Origin: Camelus ferus | Taxonomy: Eukaryota | Length of the DNA stretch: 64,000 nucleotides | Assembly (NCBI RefSeq): GCF_009834535.1 | Contig: NC_045696.1 | Span: 71,860,001-71,924,000 of the forward strand | Reading direction: 5' to 3' | In this document: positions 53,890 through 64,000 of the stretch, piece after piece | How the letters are laid out: the number at the start of each line of letters is the position of its first letter | Position numbering within the stretch: position 1 is the first letter of the stretch | Notes under the pieces: model-generated | The model's database searches: none | Seen by the model: only the letters and a program-made list of their open reading frames with translations | Told to the model about the DNA's origin: nothing | Program-made: the position numbers and the translations under genes

Positions 53890-55970
53890 TAGTTGAGGCT
53901 GTTGAGACCTTTTTGTTAGTCAGGTGCACCTGCCTTTCAGTTATAATCTTCTGAATTACCCTCAACTGGCCAGAGCCATCCGGCCTGGCAATGCCTGAAA
54001 GGTTATGGCCTCCCTCAAGGGCAGCTTACAGCCAGCCAACGGCTGACTGATTTAGGGTACAGAAACCAGCCCTTCTGCCTCAAGATGAGATACTTGTGGT
54101 GCCATCAAGACTCCAGCATTTCTCAGGGGACCAGGTTGATGCTAGACTTTGGCTGAACCCTCGTCTGGGCCTGGCTTCTTCCTTGCTCCATCTTCTGCCC
54201 TCATTGCCTTACACATTTCAACTGAAAGCCTTTCTCCTTAACTCACTTGCACAAATCAGCTTCTGGGAAACCAGACCTAAGACAGTTAGTACCAGCAGAG
54301 GTCCTAGAAAGGATGGGATTCTGGTGTTGGGTCACTTGCTGGCCAAATGGCAACAAGGACACCATTGCTGGTAGTAGGTGGAAGGTTGGGACTCCTGGTC
54401 CCTGGCCTGTGTGGTCATTCAGTTGCTAAGACCTTCCTTGGTGGTGACCTGGGATCAGATATAGGCAGACAGGGATGTACCAGCTGGTGCAATGTCTCTA
54501 GCATTTGAGAGGTTTAGGGAAGATACTAACTATCAGGAACGTGGAACTGGGAAGGTATTCCCAAGCACCACTGATGCATTGAAGAAAGCGACAGGCTGGG
54601 ATTAATCGCCAATTTAAAGCACACTGTGAGAATCAGAGGGCATTCTTTCCAATATTCATCCCCTTATCTCCTACAGCAGAAGGCATTACTTGAGAGAAGA
54701 ATGAATTATCAGCCTACGCAAGTCTGCTGCCTGATTATTCTGGGATCCTAGTGCCAGTAGATAAGCAGGCGAGTCAGGCCCTGATAGGGAAGATGTGGGA
54801 CCCTAAAATTGGAGGATAGGTACATGCCCTTTTCCCCTAGGCTGGCAGAAGTGGCCCACTTCCCCTTGTTGGAAGATAAGCCCTTCTCTTCCACCCAAGG
54901 ATGGACGCCTCAGTAAGACACATAAGACCTCCTCGGGATATAACCCCACCTCTCCTCCCAACCCCTTCTAGAACAATAGCTAGTATCAAATTACAACACA
55001 GTCTGACTGGGAAAGAGGCTCATAGATCTATGGACATGAAACCAAAATGTAAGAATCTTTGTATCATGCTTTAAGGCTCCCCAGAGAACATCCATTGTAG
55101 AGAAGTTACCAAAAAACCAAGCCAACTGGATGACTTGGCCAGGAGATGTCAGACAAATTCCTCCTTGGCATCCCAGTACCTGCACAATGGGCTCGTAAAT
55201 GGAGCAGCCTTGGCAGCAGATTGGGAGGCTGTGCATGGGCCTAGCAGCATGGGCTCCCTGTCATCAAGACCGATCTAGCTACTGCCACTGCTGACTGTCC
55301 AACCTGCCAGCACAGAGATCCAGGCTGAGCCCTTGGTTGGATACTATCCCTTAAGAACAGTTGATTTCATCAGCCCCTCCAGGCTGGAAAGTACAGTGAC
55401 TCACCCTGAGTGACACTGATACATATACCTTTCCTGCCTTGAGTGCCTCAGTCAGCAGTGCTGTTCGAGGACTCACATAGTGTCTGATCAACCACAGAAT
55501 GTTGCTTTGATTGAGGGACTCACTCTACGGCAAAAGAGGAATGGCCGCGGGTATATGACCAACCCACTGGTCCTACCTCATATTCAGTTGCTGCCAGCCT
55601 GAAAGAGCCATGGAACAGCCTCTTGAAGGCAAGGGTGAGCAGCAGTTTGGACAGGAGACTGTGGGGTCAGGGTGCTAACTTAGGATGCAGTATGCACCTT
55701 AAAACAATGGCCACTTCCAGGCACTATGCCATCAGTAAGCAGAATATATGAATCTGGTAGCCAAGAGGTCAAATGAATTGTGACCTTATCCATTATCACA
55801 CTCCTAGTGACCCACATGGGGAATTTGTCCTCCCCATCCCTGCAACTTCAGCCTCAGTGGGTCTAGAGGTCTTGGTTCCCAAGGGGGACATTTCTACCAG
55901 TGGACATGGTAGGAGTCCTACTTAAATCTATGTCTGTGCCTGCTGCTGCAGTCATCCTTAGGTTGTTCAT
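53890..55970 (+). mobile_element. Ancient ERVL remnant: LTR16-like LTR followed by decayed internal sequence
   Basis: LTR ending ACCTAAGACA (~54284) directly followed by GTTAGTACCAG (PBS-like start); integrase-like remnants near 55250-55700. Confidence 0.6.
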
Positions 55971-57187
55971 TTAAGTCATCATCCCCCTCGTGCTCATTCT
56001 ACATCCTTTCCCCCATCATCTGGCACTTCTGCTGGTGGCATGCGTAGTGGGTGTCCCAGACTCTTGTCTGGCTACTGTTCTTTTACTTGCTCACTTACAG
56101 TTACAGCCGGGCAGGGGAGTACTGGGAGATGTCCCAGTGGATCACAGGAGCATCAGATGTGTTCCTCTCTGCCTCTGTTAGGTAGCAGCCAGACCGCCTC
56201 ATGATGATCAGCATCAATGAGTTCTCAAGTGTGGCAAATGTTTTCTTTACCATGGCGGGGGTTTATATTTTAATCTTATTGAAAAATTCTTAATAAATCT
56301 CTGATGAAATGGGCAAGGCTTTGGCTAAGCCCAACTAGATACATCAGAGGGCAGCTGGTCGCTGAGCTAGGTGATGGTTTCCCAGTTGTAAAATTTCTTT
56401 GACCCCAGCTCCTCTCAGCCCTGAAAGTCTAAGGCAGTAAGCTCAGACTGCTCTAGAAATTGGCAGGGACTTTGACAATAGAAAAAAAATGCTCTGTGAG
56501 AATATGTGGAATCTGAAAGCACATTGAATTTTCTTCCTCTTGACCAAAGACAGGTATGCCAAGGAAATGGACACTTCAGATATAGACCAGCCTAGATGTC
56601 CTAGTTTATACTCTGGGCCACCAAGTACAAGATCCTAATCTAGCCTAGTACCCATGGAAGCATCTCCAGATTTGCCTGTTGTGAACTTTGGACAGCTCCT
56701 GGGATGAATCAGGTAGAATGTGACCCTACTGGTAAACTCCTAGAAGACAGAGAAAGAGCTCAGTTAGCAACATAGCACACAGCTAAGGGCCCAAGCACCG
56801 AGAGATTATAGACACTCCAGTTCCATGGAGGTAATACTGTATTAAAGTCTGACTGTGAGAATTAAATGAGATGAAGTTCTTAAGCTAGTGCCTATGCTGC
56901 TGTTAGCATATTAAATAGCAACTCATTACACACCTTTATTTCTCCAGGGAAGGGAAGGAAAGCCCAGGGCTTAGGCATTACTTTAAGGCAGCTGTCCATT
57001 CCCCATTTACCAAGTGAAAATGATGTACTTTAGTTTATATGATAGAGACAGTTCTTTAAAAGTTTTGCGTAATTGTAAGGAATAGAGGAAAATCTAGTTT
57101 GAAAGAAAATAGAAATAGTTTACCCTCTTTGAAATCTGTGGGGTAAGAGCTGCCTCTGAACGAGCAGGACCTACTGTTGTCCCTGTG

Positions 57188-57202
57188 TGCCACCTAGTGG
57201 AC
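57188..57202 (-). promoter_or_regulatory. CTCF consensus motif
   Basis: Reverse complement GTCCACTAGGTGGCA matches the CCACYAGRKGGC core. Confidence 0.55.
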
Positions 57203-57729
57203 AGCAAGGGAAAGGCCATGATTTTATCTTCAAAGTCTTATTTATCAGAAACGTATTCTGAAGAGGGATAGTTTGTTTGTTGTTTGTTTGTTTTTGAAGA
57301 GGACAGTTTAAATTCACTAATGGGTTCACTTGTTAATATACTTCATTCATTTTTTAAGCAAAATAAAAGATCAGGATTTTAAACACCAGGTGCTAAAACT
57401 AAATTCCCTAAATATTTTAGGATTTATGTGGTATGTGCTATAGATCATCCTCTGAGGGAAGAAGAATATACCAGTCTTTATCAGCATGGATTGTCATGGC
57501 CCACTTTTTCCTATTCTTCCTGTCCTTTTCCACCAACACTCTTTGTGCTTATTCTGGTACATGGACTGGGAGTGCCCCAGAGACTCAGGGTATATCTTCC
57601 CAATACACTGCTCAACCTGGGTTGGTTGCCAGGATCATGCTGCTCACTTTCCAAGGATGCAACTATCACTTGAAATTTTATAACCAAACTGAATACTTGT
57701 CAAAGGCTTATGTGTTTGGTTTGTCTGGG

Positions 57730-57770
57730 GTGTGTGTGTGTGCATATGTGTGTGTGTGTGTGTGTGTGTG
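57730..57770. repeat. Interrupted (TG)n microsatellite
   Basis: Seen directly. Confidence 0.9.
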
Positions 57771-57833
57771 CATGTGCTCGCTCACTCTGCTTCATTTTAA
57801 AGCCACTTTTTACTTTTATGTTTCTTCCCCCAG

Positions 57834-57878
57834 ATGTTCATGAGGATGAAGAGAATGGCAGACAAATCTCCCCCAAAT
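57834..57878 (+). CDS. MCF2L2: Candidate extra MCF2L2 cassette exon: (D)VHEDEENGRQISPK
   Basis: Long pyrimidine tract plus cccag|, donor |gtgagt, 45 nt, open in phase 1. Not in my recollection of the human protein. Confidence 0.4.
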
Positions 57879-58029
57879 GTGAGTAATAATAGCACACTTG
57901 CAGTACCCAGTGCTGTTCTGAGATCTTCTCTTTAGCGTTATCGTAATTACTATTAACAATAATCATAACAGGTATTACTTATTAAATTTCTATGCTGTAT
58001 CAGACATTTCACTGTATAAATATTTTTGC

Positions 58030-58200
58030 TAATCCTTACATCAACATTGCAAAATAAGCATTATTATCCCCATTTTAGAAACAATGAAACTGATGCTCAG
58101 AGATATTAAGTGGCTTACTCAAGCTCACACAGCCAGTGGGTGAGTGGCAAAGTGAAAACTGCACTCAGGTCTGACTGACTCCAAAGCCCCTGCTCCTAAC
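58030..58200 (-). mobile_element. MIR SINE
   Basis: ATTATTATCCCCATTTTAGA..GAAACTGATGCTCAGAGATATTAAGTGGCTT. Confidence 0.75.
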
Positions 58201-58674
58201 AGTGGGACATGGGCCTCTCGTTCATTCACTTGGGTGCCTGTGACCTGCCAGACCCGGAGCCTGAGATCCTGGGGTCCCCTCAGTGCTTCCACCTCCTTAA
58301 GACCTAGGACTTAGTACCTATGACTCTTGATATCACAGAGCCATGGCCACTGAGTCCAGGAGGAAGGGATTAAATATGGAAATGACAAAGACACAGCAAA
58401 ATTGTCCCCCAAAGAGCTGTACTTCCCTCCCCTGCAAAACCAGGGGCTTTGACAGAGGGACGTTCTCCAAGGCTTACAGGTTCTAAGAATTCTGGGTTTC
58501 TCCCAGGAGCCATGTGGGATATTGGGTGAACAGGGTATTGTCTCTGCTGCCAAGAGCCCAGGGCCCACGGGGGAGACACATGAGGACTCGCTCAGGGCAG
58601 ATGCAGTTTGCCTCAGAAGAAACTCTGCTTCCACCCCCACCACCTCCAGCAGCCCCTCTCCTCCTCCGTCTCCC

Positions 58675-58746
58675 AGAATAGAGCAGAATACAATAAAATA
58701 ATAGAACAGAACAGAAGACTAGAATAGAAAGGATAGAATAGAACAG
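58675..58746. repeat. Degenerate (AGAAT/AGAAC)n pentamer repeat
   Basis: Seen directly. Confidence 0.8.
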
Positions 58747-61007
58747 ATGAGGGCATCACACACTGTAAGGGTAATATTGATCCATAAACTTTGGTTTTAA
58801 TTTTATAATTGTATTTACATCTGTACACTGTGTTAGGCTGTAAATTTTCCACCTCCCTGTGGTTATATTCTAAGGAGTATGGAAAACCCTGTCCTGGACT
58901 AAACTGGGCACCTGTGGGGCCCCAAGCATCTGCCACCCTCACTTGTGGGACCAGGAGCTGAGGAGGCTATGTGCACTGCAGGGAGGTGACATCTGGGTCC
59001 TGACATTGCCCAGAGAATTGGTCCTCTTTCCAGCTCAGGCAAATCCTTACCTGGAGGCAGGGAATGACCCTGATGACCCTGAAATAATGCAGTCAATGCT
59101 GCCAGATGTGTGGGAGCCCCTCTGTGCCAGCCCCGTGCCTGGCTGAAGCCCCCTCCCCCGGTCCCACCTGCAGGGCACGCAGGAGGGAGGGGAAAGCAGC
59201 CCCAGCACCCCCCAGCACAGGGTCATCATTTCACCCCTGGAGCCACTTACCCTGCCAAGAGGCTGGAAATTGTCCTCAGGTCTTTCGGTTCCTGCATTGT
59301 CCCCTGGCCCCACCCACATCAGGCTTCGGGTCTTCTCTGACGATGGAGCCTCAGGGCCCGGCCCCACCCAGGGCCTCCCAGCAGCTTCCCCTCTGGGGTC
59401 CTAGGCACCCGACCTTGTCTGGGGCACCGAGGCCACAGCCCCTGGAGACGCAGCCCTTCAGTTCACGCAGGGGGTGCTAAAGGGCACAGCTGCTCCGTTC
59501 CTCTTAAAAAGCCTTTCAGCAAGACCGCCATCCCTCCTTCCTCGTTGTCTGCTCCTGGTCTAAGGGGACCCAAGTTGGATGACTGCCCTAAAGAGGCATT
59601 TCTAGGGGTTACTGCGGATGTCCTCAAGTCACATCTGGAAGAGGGTAGGGGGAGGCACCTCTCTGAACCAGTTTCTCCTCCGCCCTCCCTGCCTCACCCC
59701 ACCACGTTCCAGGACCAGGAATTAAACCAGGCTTTGCCAGTGTCGGGGCAGGGTTTCTGGAGGCCGCCAGGAAGGAACTGCCCGGCTGCTCCCTGTGTTG
59801 GCTGCTCCCCATGTTGCTCGCACAACCCCCAGTTGCCCTGCTCTGGGGAGGACTCTGGTCCCCGGAATGCAGCTTGGGGGGAGGTGCTCTGGGCAGCAGG
59901 TCGAGGAACTTCCATTTTTTTCCATTTTTCTGGCTTTCTGGTCCCGGAGATAACTGTGTCCTGCCCCACCCCACCTGTGGCCTCCTTCCAGTCCCTCACC
60001 TTCCAATCCTCTGACCAGAAAGCCCTCCTCCCCACGCCCAGCCCAAGGCCTGGACCAAAATCCCTCCACCTGAATTCTGACCAGAACAGAAACTCTCTCC
60101 TGCTCTCAGATTCCTGTGGGATTGATTAAACTCAGTGGATGCTCAGCCTGGGGCTCCTTCAGGTTGAGATCTTTCTGCAGACCCTTGCCTCCCTAACTTG
60201 ACTTGGGAGAAGTGTGGGCACAGAGATCACATCTTTAGAGTGTAGGGTAAAGAGTAGAAAAGTGTAGATTCCAGCTGCAGTGCTTACAGGCCAAGGGAAC
60301 TTGGCCAAATGATTATTCCTCTCTCATCTGTTTCTCATCCGTAAACTGGGGCTGTGGCCCTATAGGTTTGTGTGAGGCTTAATTTTTGACAAACGCCTGA
60401 CATCCCAGCAGGTACCGAGCAGGACCAGTGGCGGGGGGGGGGGGGGTGCTGTTCCCCAGGGTGTCTTTAACAGTCCCTGGCACAGGACAGGGGCACAATG
60501 GTGTGGCTGATTGATTAATTTATCAATTCAATGGAGAGAGAGAGAAGCAGCATGTACTTACTGTCCCTCTGATTTTCCCATGCAGAGAGCAGTGGCATTT
60601 GGCAAAGGCTGCCAAGGAGATAGGAAATGGGCAATACTCAGGAGAAAGGAAAAGAGGCCAGGAAGAGAGGAGGGTGAGCAGGAAGGAAGAACAGCAGGAA
60701 GGTCGTCAAGCACAAAAAGACTATGACCATTTTCCTGGAGGACGAGGAGCGGGGCTATGAACACCATGTCTTCTCAGTCACAGTTACAGAACGTTGAGCT
60801 GGAAAAGGGAATCTGCAGATTACAGACCTCTGAGCCTCTGGGCCCAGACAGAGCAGTAGGGTCCTGGGAGAGTAGGAGTTAGAGATGAGGAGAATGGGTT
60901 CCTGGGGATGGGTGCTGCCCACTACATCTTGCCATTAACTTCGGGGGACGTCCTCCCACCCCCACCCCCCAAACAGCAGGCCAAATTCTTCCCTTTCTTT
61001 TCCCAAG

Positions 61008-61096
61008 GCTGCTCCAGCAGGGAGTTTATCTCCATGGAAACCTTTGACGATTGTGAAGGTGCAGAAGATATGGAAAAGGAGAGCAGTGCTCTGAGT
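61008..61096 (+). CDS. MCF2L2: MCF2L2 exon (~28): (G)CSSREFISMETFDDCEGAEDMEKESSALS
   Basis: cccaag| and |gtaatt; phase 1 to 0; close to the recalled human sequence. Confidence 0.88.
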
Positions 61097-61469
61097 GTAA
61101 TTTATTTCCTTCTTACCTCTTTCATATTCCTCATTCCTGTGCATCAGCTTCGCCTGCCCCTTCTTCCCCTGCTCCTTCCCTTTCTCCCTCCTTTTCATGA
61201 TTCTCACGCATAAGGACCCGCCCTAATCCAGGAAGCTGAGGTCACTGGATCTATGCAAAGTGGTTCAGACCCCCACCCAACCCCAGCCCAGCATGCCCTG
61301 CATCGCTGGCTCCCTAGCGATGCGCTGGTTTCTGGCCAGAGTTATGGGCTGTTGCTGCGGACCCAAGTGGCCCCGTGGGAAATCAGGGGTGGCCCCGCTG
61401 TGCCAGCAGGAATGGCCATATTGGCCTGGTCTGGTACCCAAGCACTGCACCATGTCCCTTCCCTTCCAG

Positions 61470-61582
61470 CTCTCGGGGCTTTTCCAGTTGGACGACAATT
61501 ATGAAACCTGTACCTCCAAGTCTGTTCAGGAAACGGGAGAAAGCATCCAGGGAGAAAAAGGGGGTGGCCATGAGAAGGACAC
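61470..61582 (+). CDS. MCF2L2: MCF2L2 exon (~29): LSGLFQLDDNYETCTSKSVQETGESIQGEKGGGHEKD(T)
   Basis: ttccag| and |gtgagt; phase 0 to 2. Confidence 0.85.
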
Positions 61583-61656
61583 GTGAGTGTGAAAGCGGAG
61601 GAAAGTAAGCGAATTTGTTAGCCGTTGCTTCTCTGACTTTCTTCTTGGAATTGCAG

Positions 61657-61669
61657 GGCCACAAACTAA
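61657..61669 (+). CDS. MCF2L2: MCF2L2 terminal exon (~30): ATN then early TAA; ancestral frame runs to TGA 61787-61789
   Basis: ttgcag| acceptor; the downstream in-frame sequence TEESLGVSTGLLAPAG resembles recalled human TEEERAGASTGRLAPAG. Confidence 0.7.
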
Positions 61670-61689
61670 ACTGAGGAGAGCCTTGGGGT

Positions 61690-62200
61690 GTCCACTGGCT
61701 TGCTCGCCCCTGCGGGGGAGACTAGTTTGTGGGCAGAGGCAATGCGGCTGTAGAAAGAGTGCCTGAGGTCGCCCTCGCTGGAGAACTGACCCTCATCCCG
61801 GAGAACTGACCCTCATCCCGGACAACCGAGCCGCCCCGGCCGCCTTCATTCCTGGGAGATGCTGCTGTGGGCTCGGAGACCGGCCCGCCCTTAAGCAGAA
61901 GCAGCAAAGGACCTCAGAGCCTGCAGCTCCGCCGCCGGGGTGGGGGACAACAGGGCGGTCTTCCCAGAACCTGAGGAGCAGTCCGCCCGCGGAGCCCATC
62001 CCCACCCCAGCATCGCCCGGCGGAGAACTTTAGCGCAGCTCCACACGCGCCTGCGCAGGCGCAGGAACGCGGGTGCAGACCCCGCAGAGACACTCGGGTA
62101 GCTCGGCACGCGCTTGCGCAGGGACTCGGCTCAAGTCCCGCGGAGAGCCTCGAGCTGCTGGACACGCGCCTGCGGAGGTTAGCGGAGCCCAATGTTGGAG
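61690..62200. promoter_or_regulatory. 3' CpG island with clustered NRF1-like motifs
   Basis: CpG-rich; GCGCCTGCGCAGGCGCA (62047-62063), GCGCTTGCGCA (62110-62120), GCGCCTGCGG (62166-62175). Confidence 0.65.
61781..61820. repeat. Perfect 20-bp tandem duplication GAGAACTGACCCTCATCCCG x2
   Basis: Seen directly. Confidence 0.97.
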
Positions 62201-62209
62201 TGTTCGGTG

Positions 62210-62436
62210 CAGGGTTTCTCGGTATTGGCACTTTTGACTTTGGGGGCTGGCATAATTCTTTGTTGTGGGGGCGGGGGCTGTCTTGTGCACTGTAGGATGT
62301 TTAGGAGCGTCTCTGGCCTCTACCCTCTAGATGCCAGTAACGCCCTACCCACCTCCTGAATTATGACAATCAAAAATACCTTCAGAGATTGCCAGATTTC
62401 TCCTGGGGTGGCAATGAGCTGGAATGAGAAGCTCTG
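62210..62436. mobile_element. MER20 hAT DNA transposon
   Basis: ATAATTCTTTGTTGTGGGGG..TGTGCACTGTAGGATGTTTAG..CTAGATGCCAGTA..TGACAATCAAAAAT. Confidence 0.85.
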
Positions 62437-62569
62437 GTGCGGGCCGCTCAGACTCCACGGGGCACACCTCTCCTCTTCCCCCTGAATTCCCGCAAGAATG
62501 CCAATGTGGTGCCTGTGTTACTTTGTTCCAGGATTGTTTCCTTTTAGTGATGGTTGGTTACAAGTTAAC

Positions 62570-63370
62570 TTCTGAGGTATTTACGTTTAGATTTATTGGG
62601 TTTTAAGTTAGTTTAAGTTATTTCAGCTATTTATTTATTTTATTAATTAACTTTCATTTATTTTCATTTTTCTAGTTATTTAAACTTTAAAGCTTTAAAG
62701 TTACCTGTTTATAATTATTTTGTCTTTAAGGTTACTTCGTTTTTGAGTTATTTATTTTCAGTTACTTTTTATAGTCACTTTATTTTAAGAGTTATATTTT
62801 CCAAATTAGTTAGCTTTAGAATTATTTATTTTGAATTATGTATCTTTACAATCATTAATATCTGAGTTATTTATTTTCATGGTTATTCTGTTTTTAATTA
62901 TTGGCATTCTTGAATTATTTATTTTTACAGTTACTTATTTGAATACCAAAAAAAACTCACTGGAGCTTTAGAGTTATTTATTTTCAGAGTAAAATATCTG
63001 TAGTTATTTTGAGTTTTCCCCTAAGTTCGGGTTAGAGTTACTTATAGTTACTTATTTTCATTTACTTTAGATACTGGGTTATTTTTACAATTCACTTAGA
63101 CTATTTTTAGTTATTTAGTTTTTTTAAGTTATTTGGTTTTAAATTATTTTGTTTTCAGTTACTTTTGAAATGCATTTTGAGCATTATATTTTGAGTTTTT
63201 ATTTTCAGAGTTTTTAAGAGATTTAGTTTTGAGTTATTTTGAGAATTATTCTCAGTTAATTGTTTTCAGTTATGTCTTTGCCATTCAAAAATTTTTTCTA
63301 TTCTGTATTTTTACTTATTTTATTTTCTGGTTTATTTATTTTCAGAATTATTTAGTATTAGAATTATTTC
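62570..63370. repeat. T-rich low-complexity tract built from degenerate AGTTATTT units
   Basis: Recurrent AGTTATTT/AGTTACTT; very low GC. Confidence 0.8.
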
Positions 63371-63372
63371 GT

Positions 63373-63990
63373 CTGTCAGTCAGGGTCCGGTCAAAAGAGA
63401 GACACTATACTAGTTATTTTAACAGAGAGAATTTAATGTAAGGAAGTATGATCCAGCTATTGGAGATTTTAGTGGGAAAAAAAAGTGATAATGAGACATA
63501 ATTTAACTGTAAGAAGCAGCTACCAGCCCGAGGGCAGAGGGAACAAGGAAAGAGGCTGGTGGCCCCACATGGCTGAGGGTAGCCCTCTATGGGGGAGGCA
63601 GTCCCCAGGTTCCCCCAGGAGCTAAAATGTGGGCCTGAGAACTGGGTGTAGAACTACCCTCCTAGGGAGAGGGCGCTGCCATCTCGTGCTGGAAGAAGGG
63701 TCCTGATGAGGCTGGTTGTGGAAGTTTTAGGAAAATGACAAATTGCAGCTACTGGAACTCACTGTGACTCTCATTGCTAGAGGAATGCTGACAGGAACCC
63801 ACGCACCCAGGGAGGAGCATAGCCCTCTCCCCTCCTCCAGCCTCTCGTGGTCTGCCCTGTTGGCTGAGCCTGACACTGAGCAGCTGGTGGAGGTGAAAGC
63901 CCCAGTCACAAAGCAAAGGGAAGAAGGGTGGGTGGGGAGCTGAGAGATCATGGCTAACAACGAGCACCCTGAGCTCTGGAATTGTTTAGT
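63373..63990. mobile_element. Ancient LTR remnant
   Basis: Starts TGTCAGTCAGGGTCC..AACAGAGAGAATTTAAT, typical of an old LTR terminus; family not determined. Confidence 0.5.
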
Positions 63991-64000
63991 TTTAGAGCTA

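Noticed and set aside
56554..56711. Exon-like segment (..ACAG| to CAG|GTAGAA)
   Set aside because: Stops in the frames tested and no similarity to MCF2L2.
57443..57673. Possible alternative terminal exon (DHPLREEEY..)
   Set aside because: Poor pyrimidine tract and no homology support.
58899..60129. Cluster of overlapping ORFs in GC-rich intron
   Set aside because: Compositional artefact; no domains or consistent splice sites.
1..64000. CRISPR arrays, operons or other prokaryote-type systems
   Set aside because: The sequence is clearly mammalian intron/exon DNA; no regularly spaced repeat-spacer array was seen.

Overview
Mammalian genomic DNA, most likely a camelid (a Vic-1-type tRNA-derived SINE and a young lineage-specific L1 are present). 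The window holds the 3' half of MCF2L2, a Dbl-family RhoGEF, on the + strand. Ten DH-PH exons (13661-40012) splice together in phase with canonical AG/GT sites and no stops. The five tail exons (50348-61789) show a frame mismatch and in-frame stops. A CpG island at the left end carries a minus-strand splice donor that fits the first exon of B3GNT5, which is nested antisense in MCF2L2 in human. The rest is intronic repeats (L1, L2, MIR, MLT1, ERVL, MER5/MER20, microsatellites). I found no new multi-gene system. The best leads are erosion or rewiring of the MCF2L2 C-terminus, divergent GTPase-contact residues in the DH domain, a polyadenylated LTR-like retro-insertion next to a splice acceptor, candidate cassette and poison exons, and an NRF1-motif CpG island at the gene end. 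Comparisons with human MCF2L2 and exon numbers are from memory and need an alignment. Repeat boundaries are approximate.
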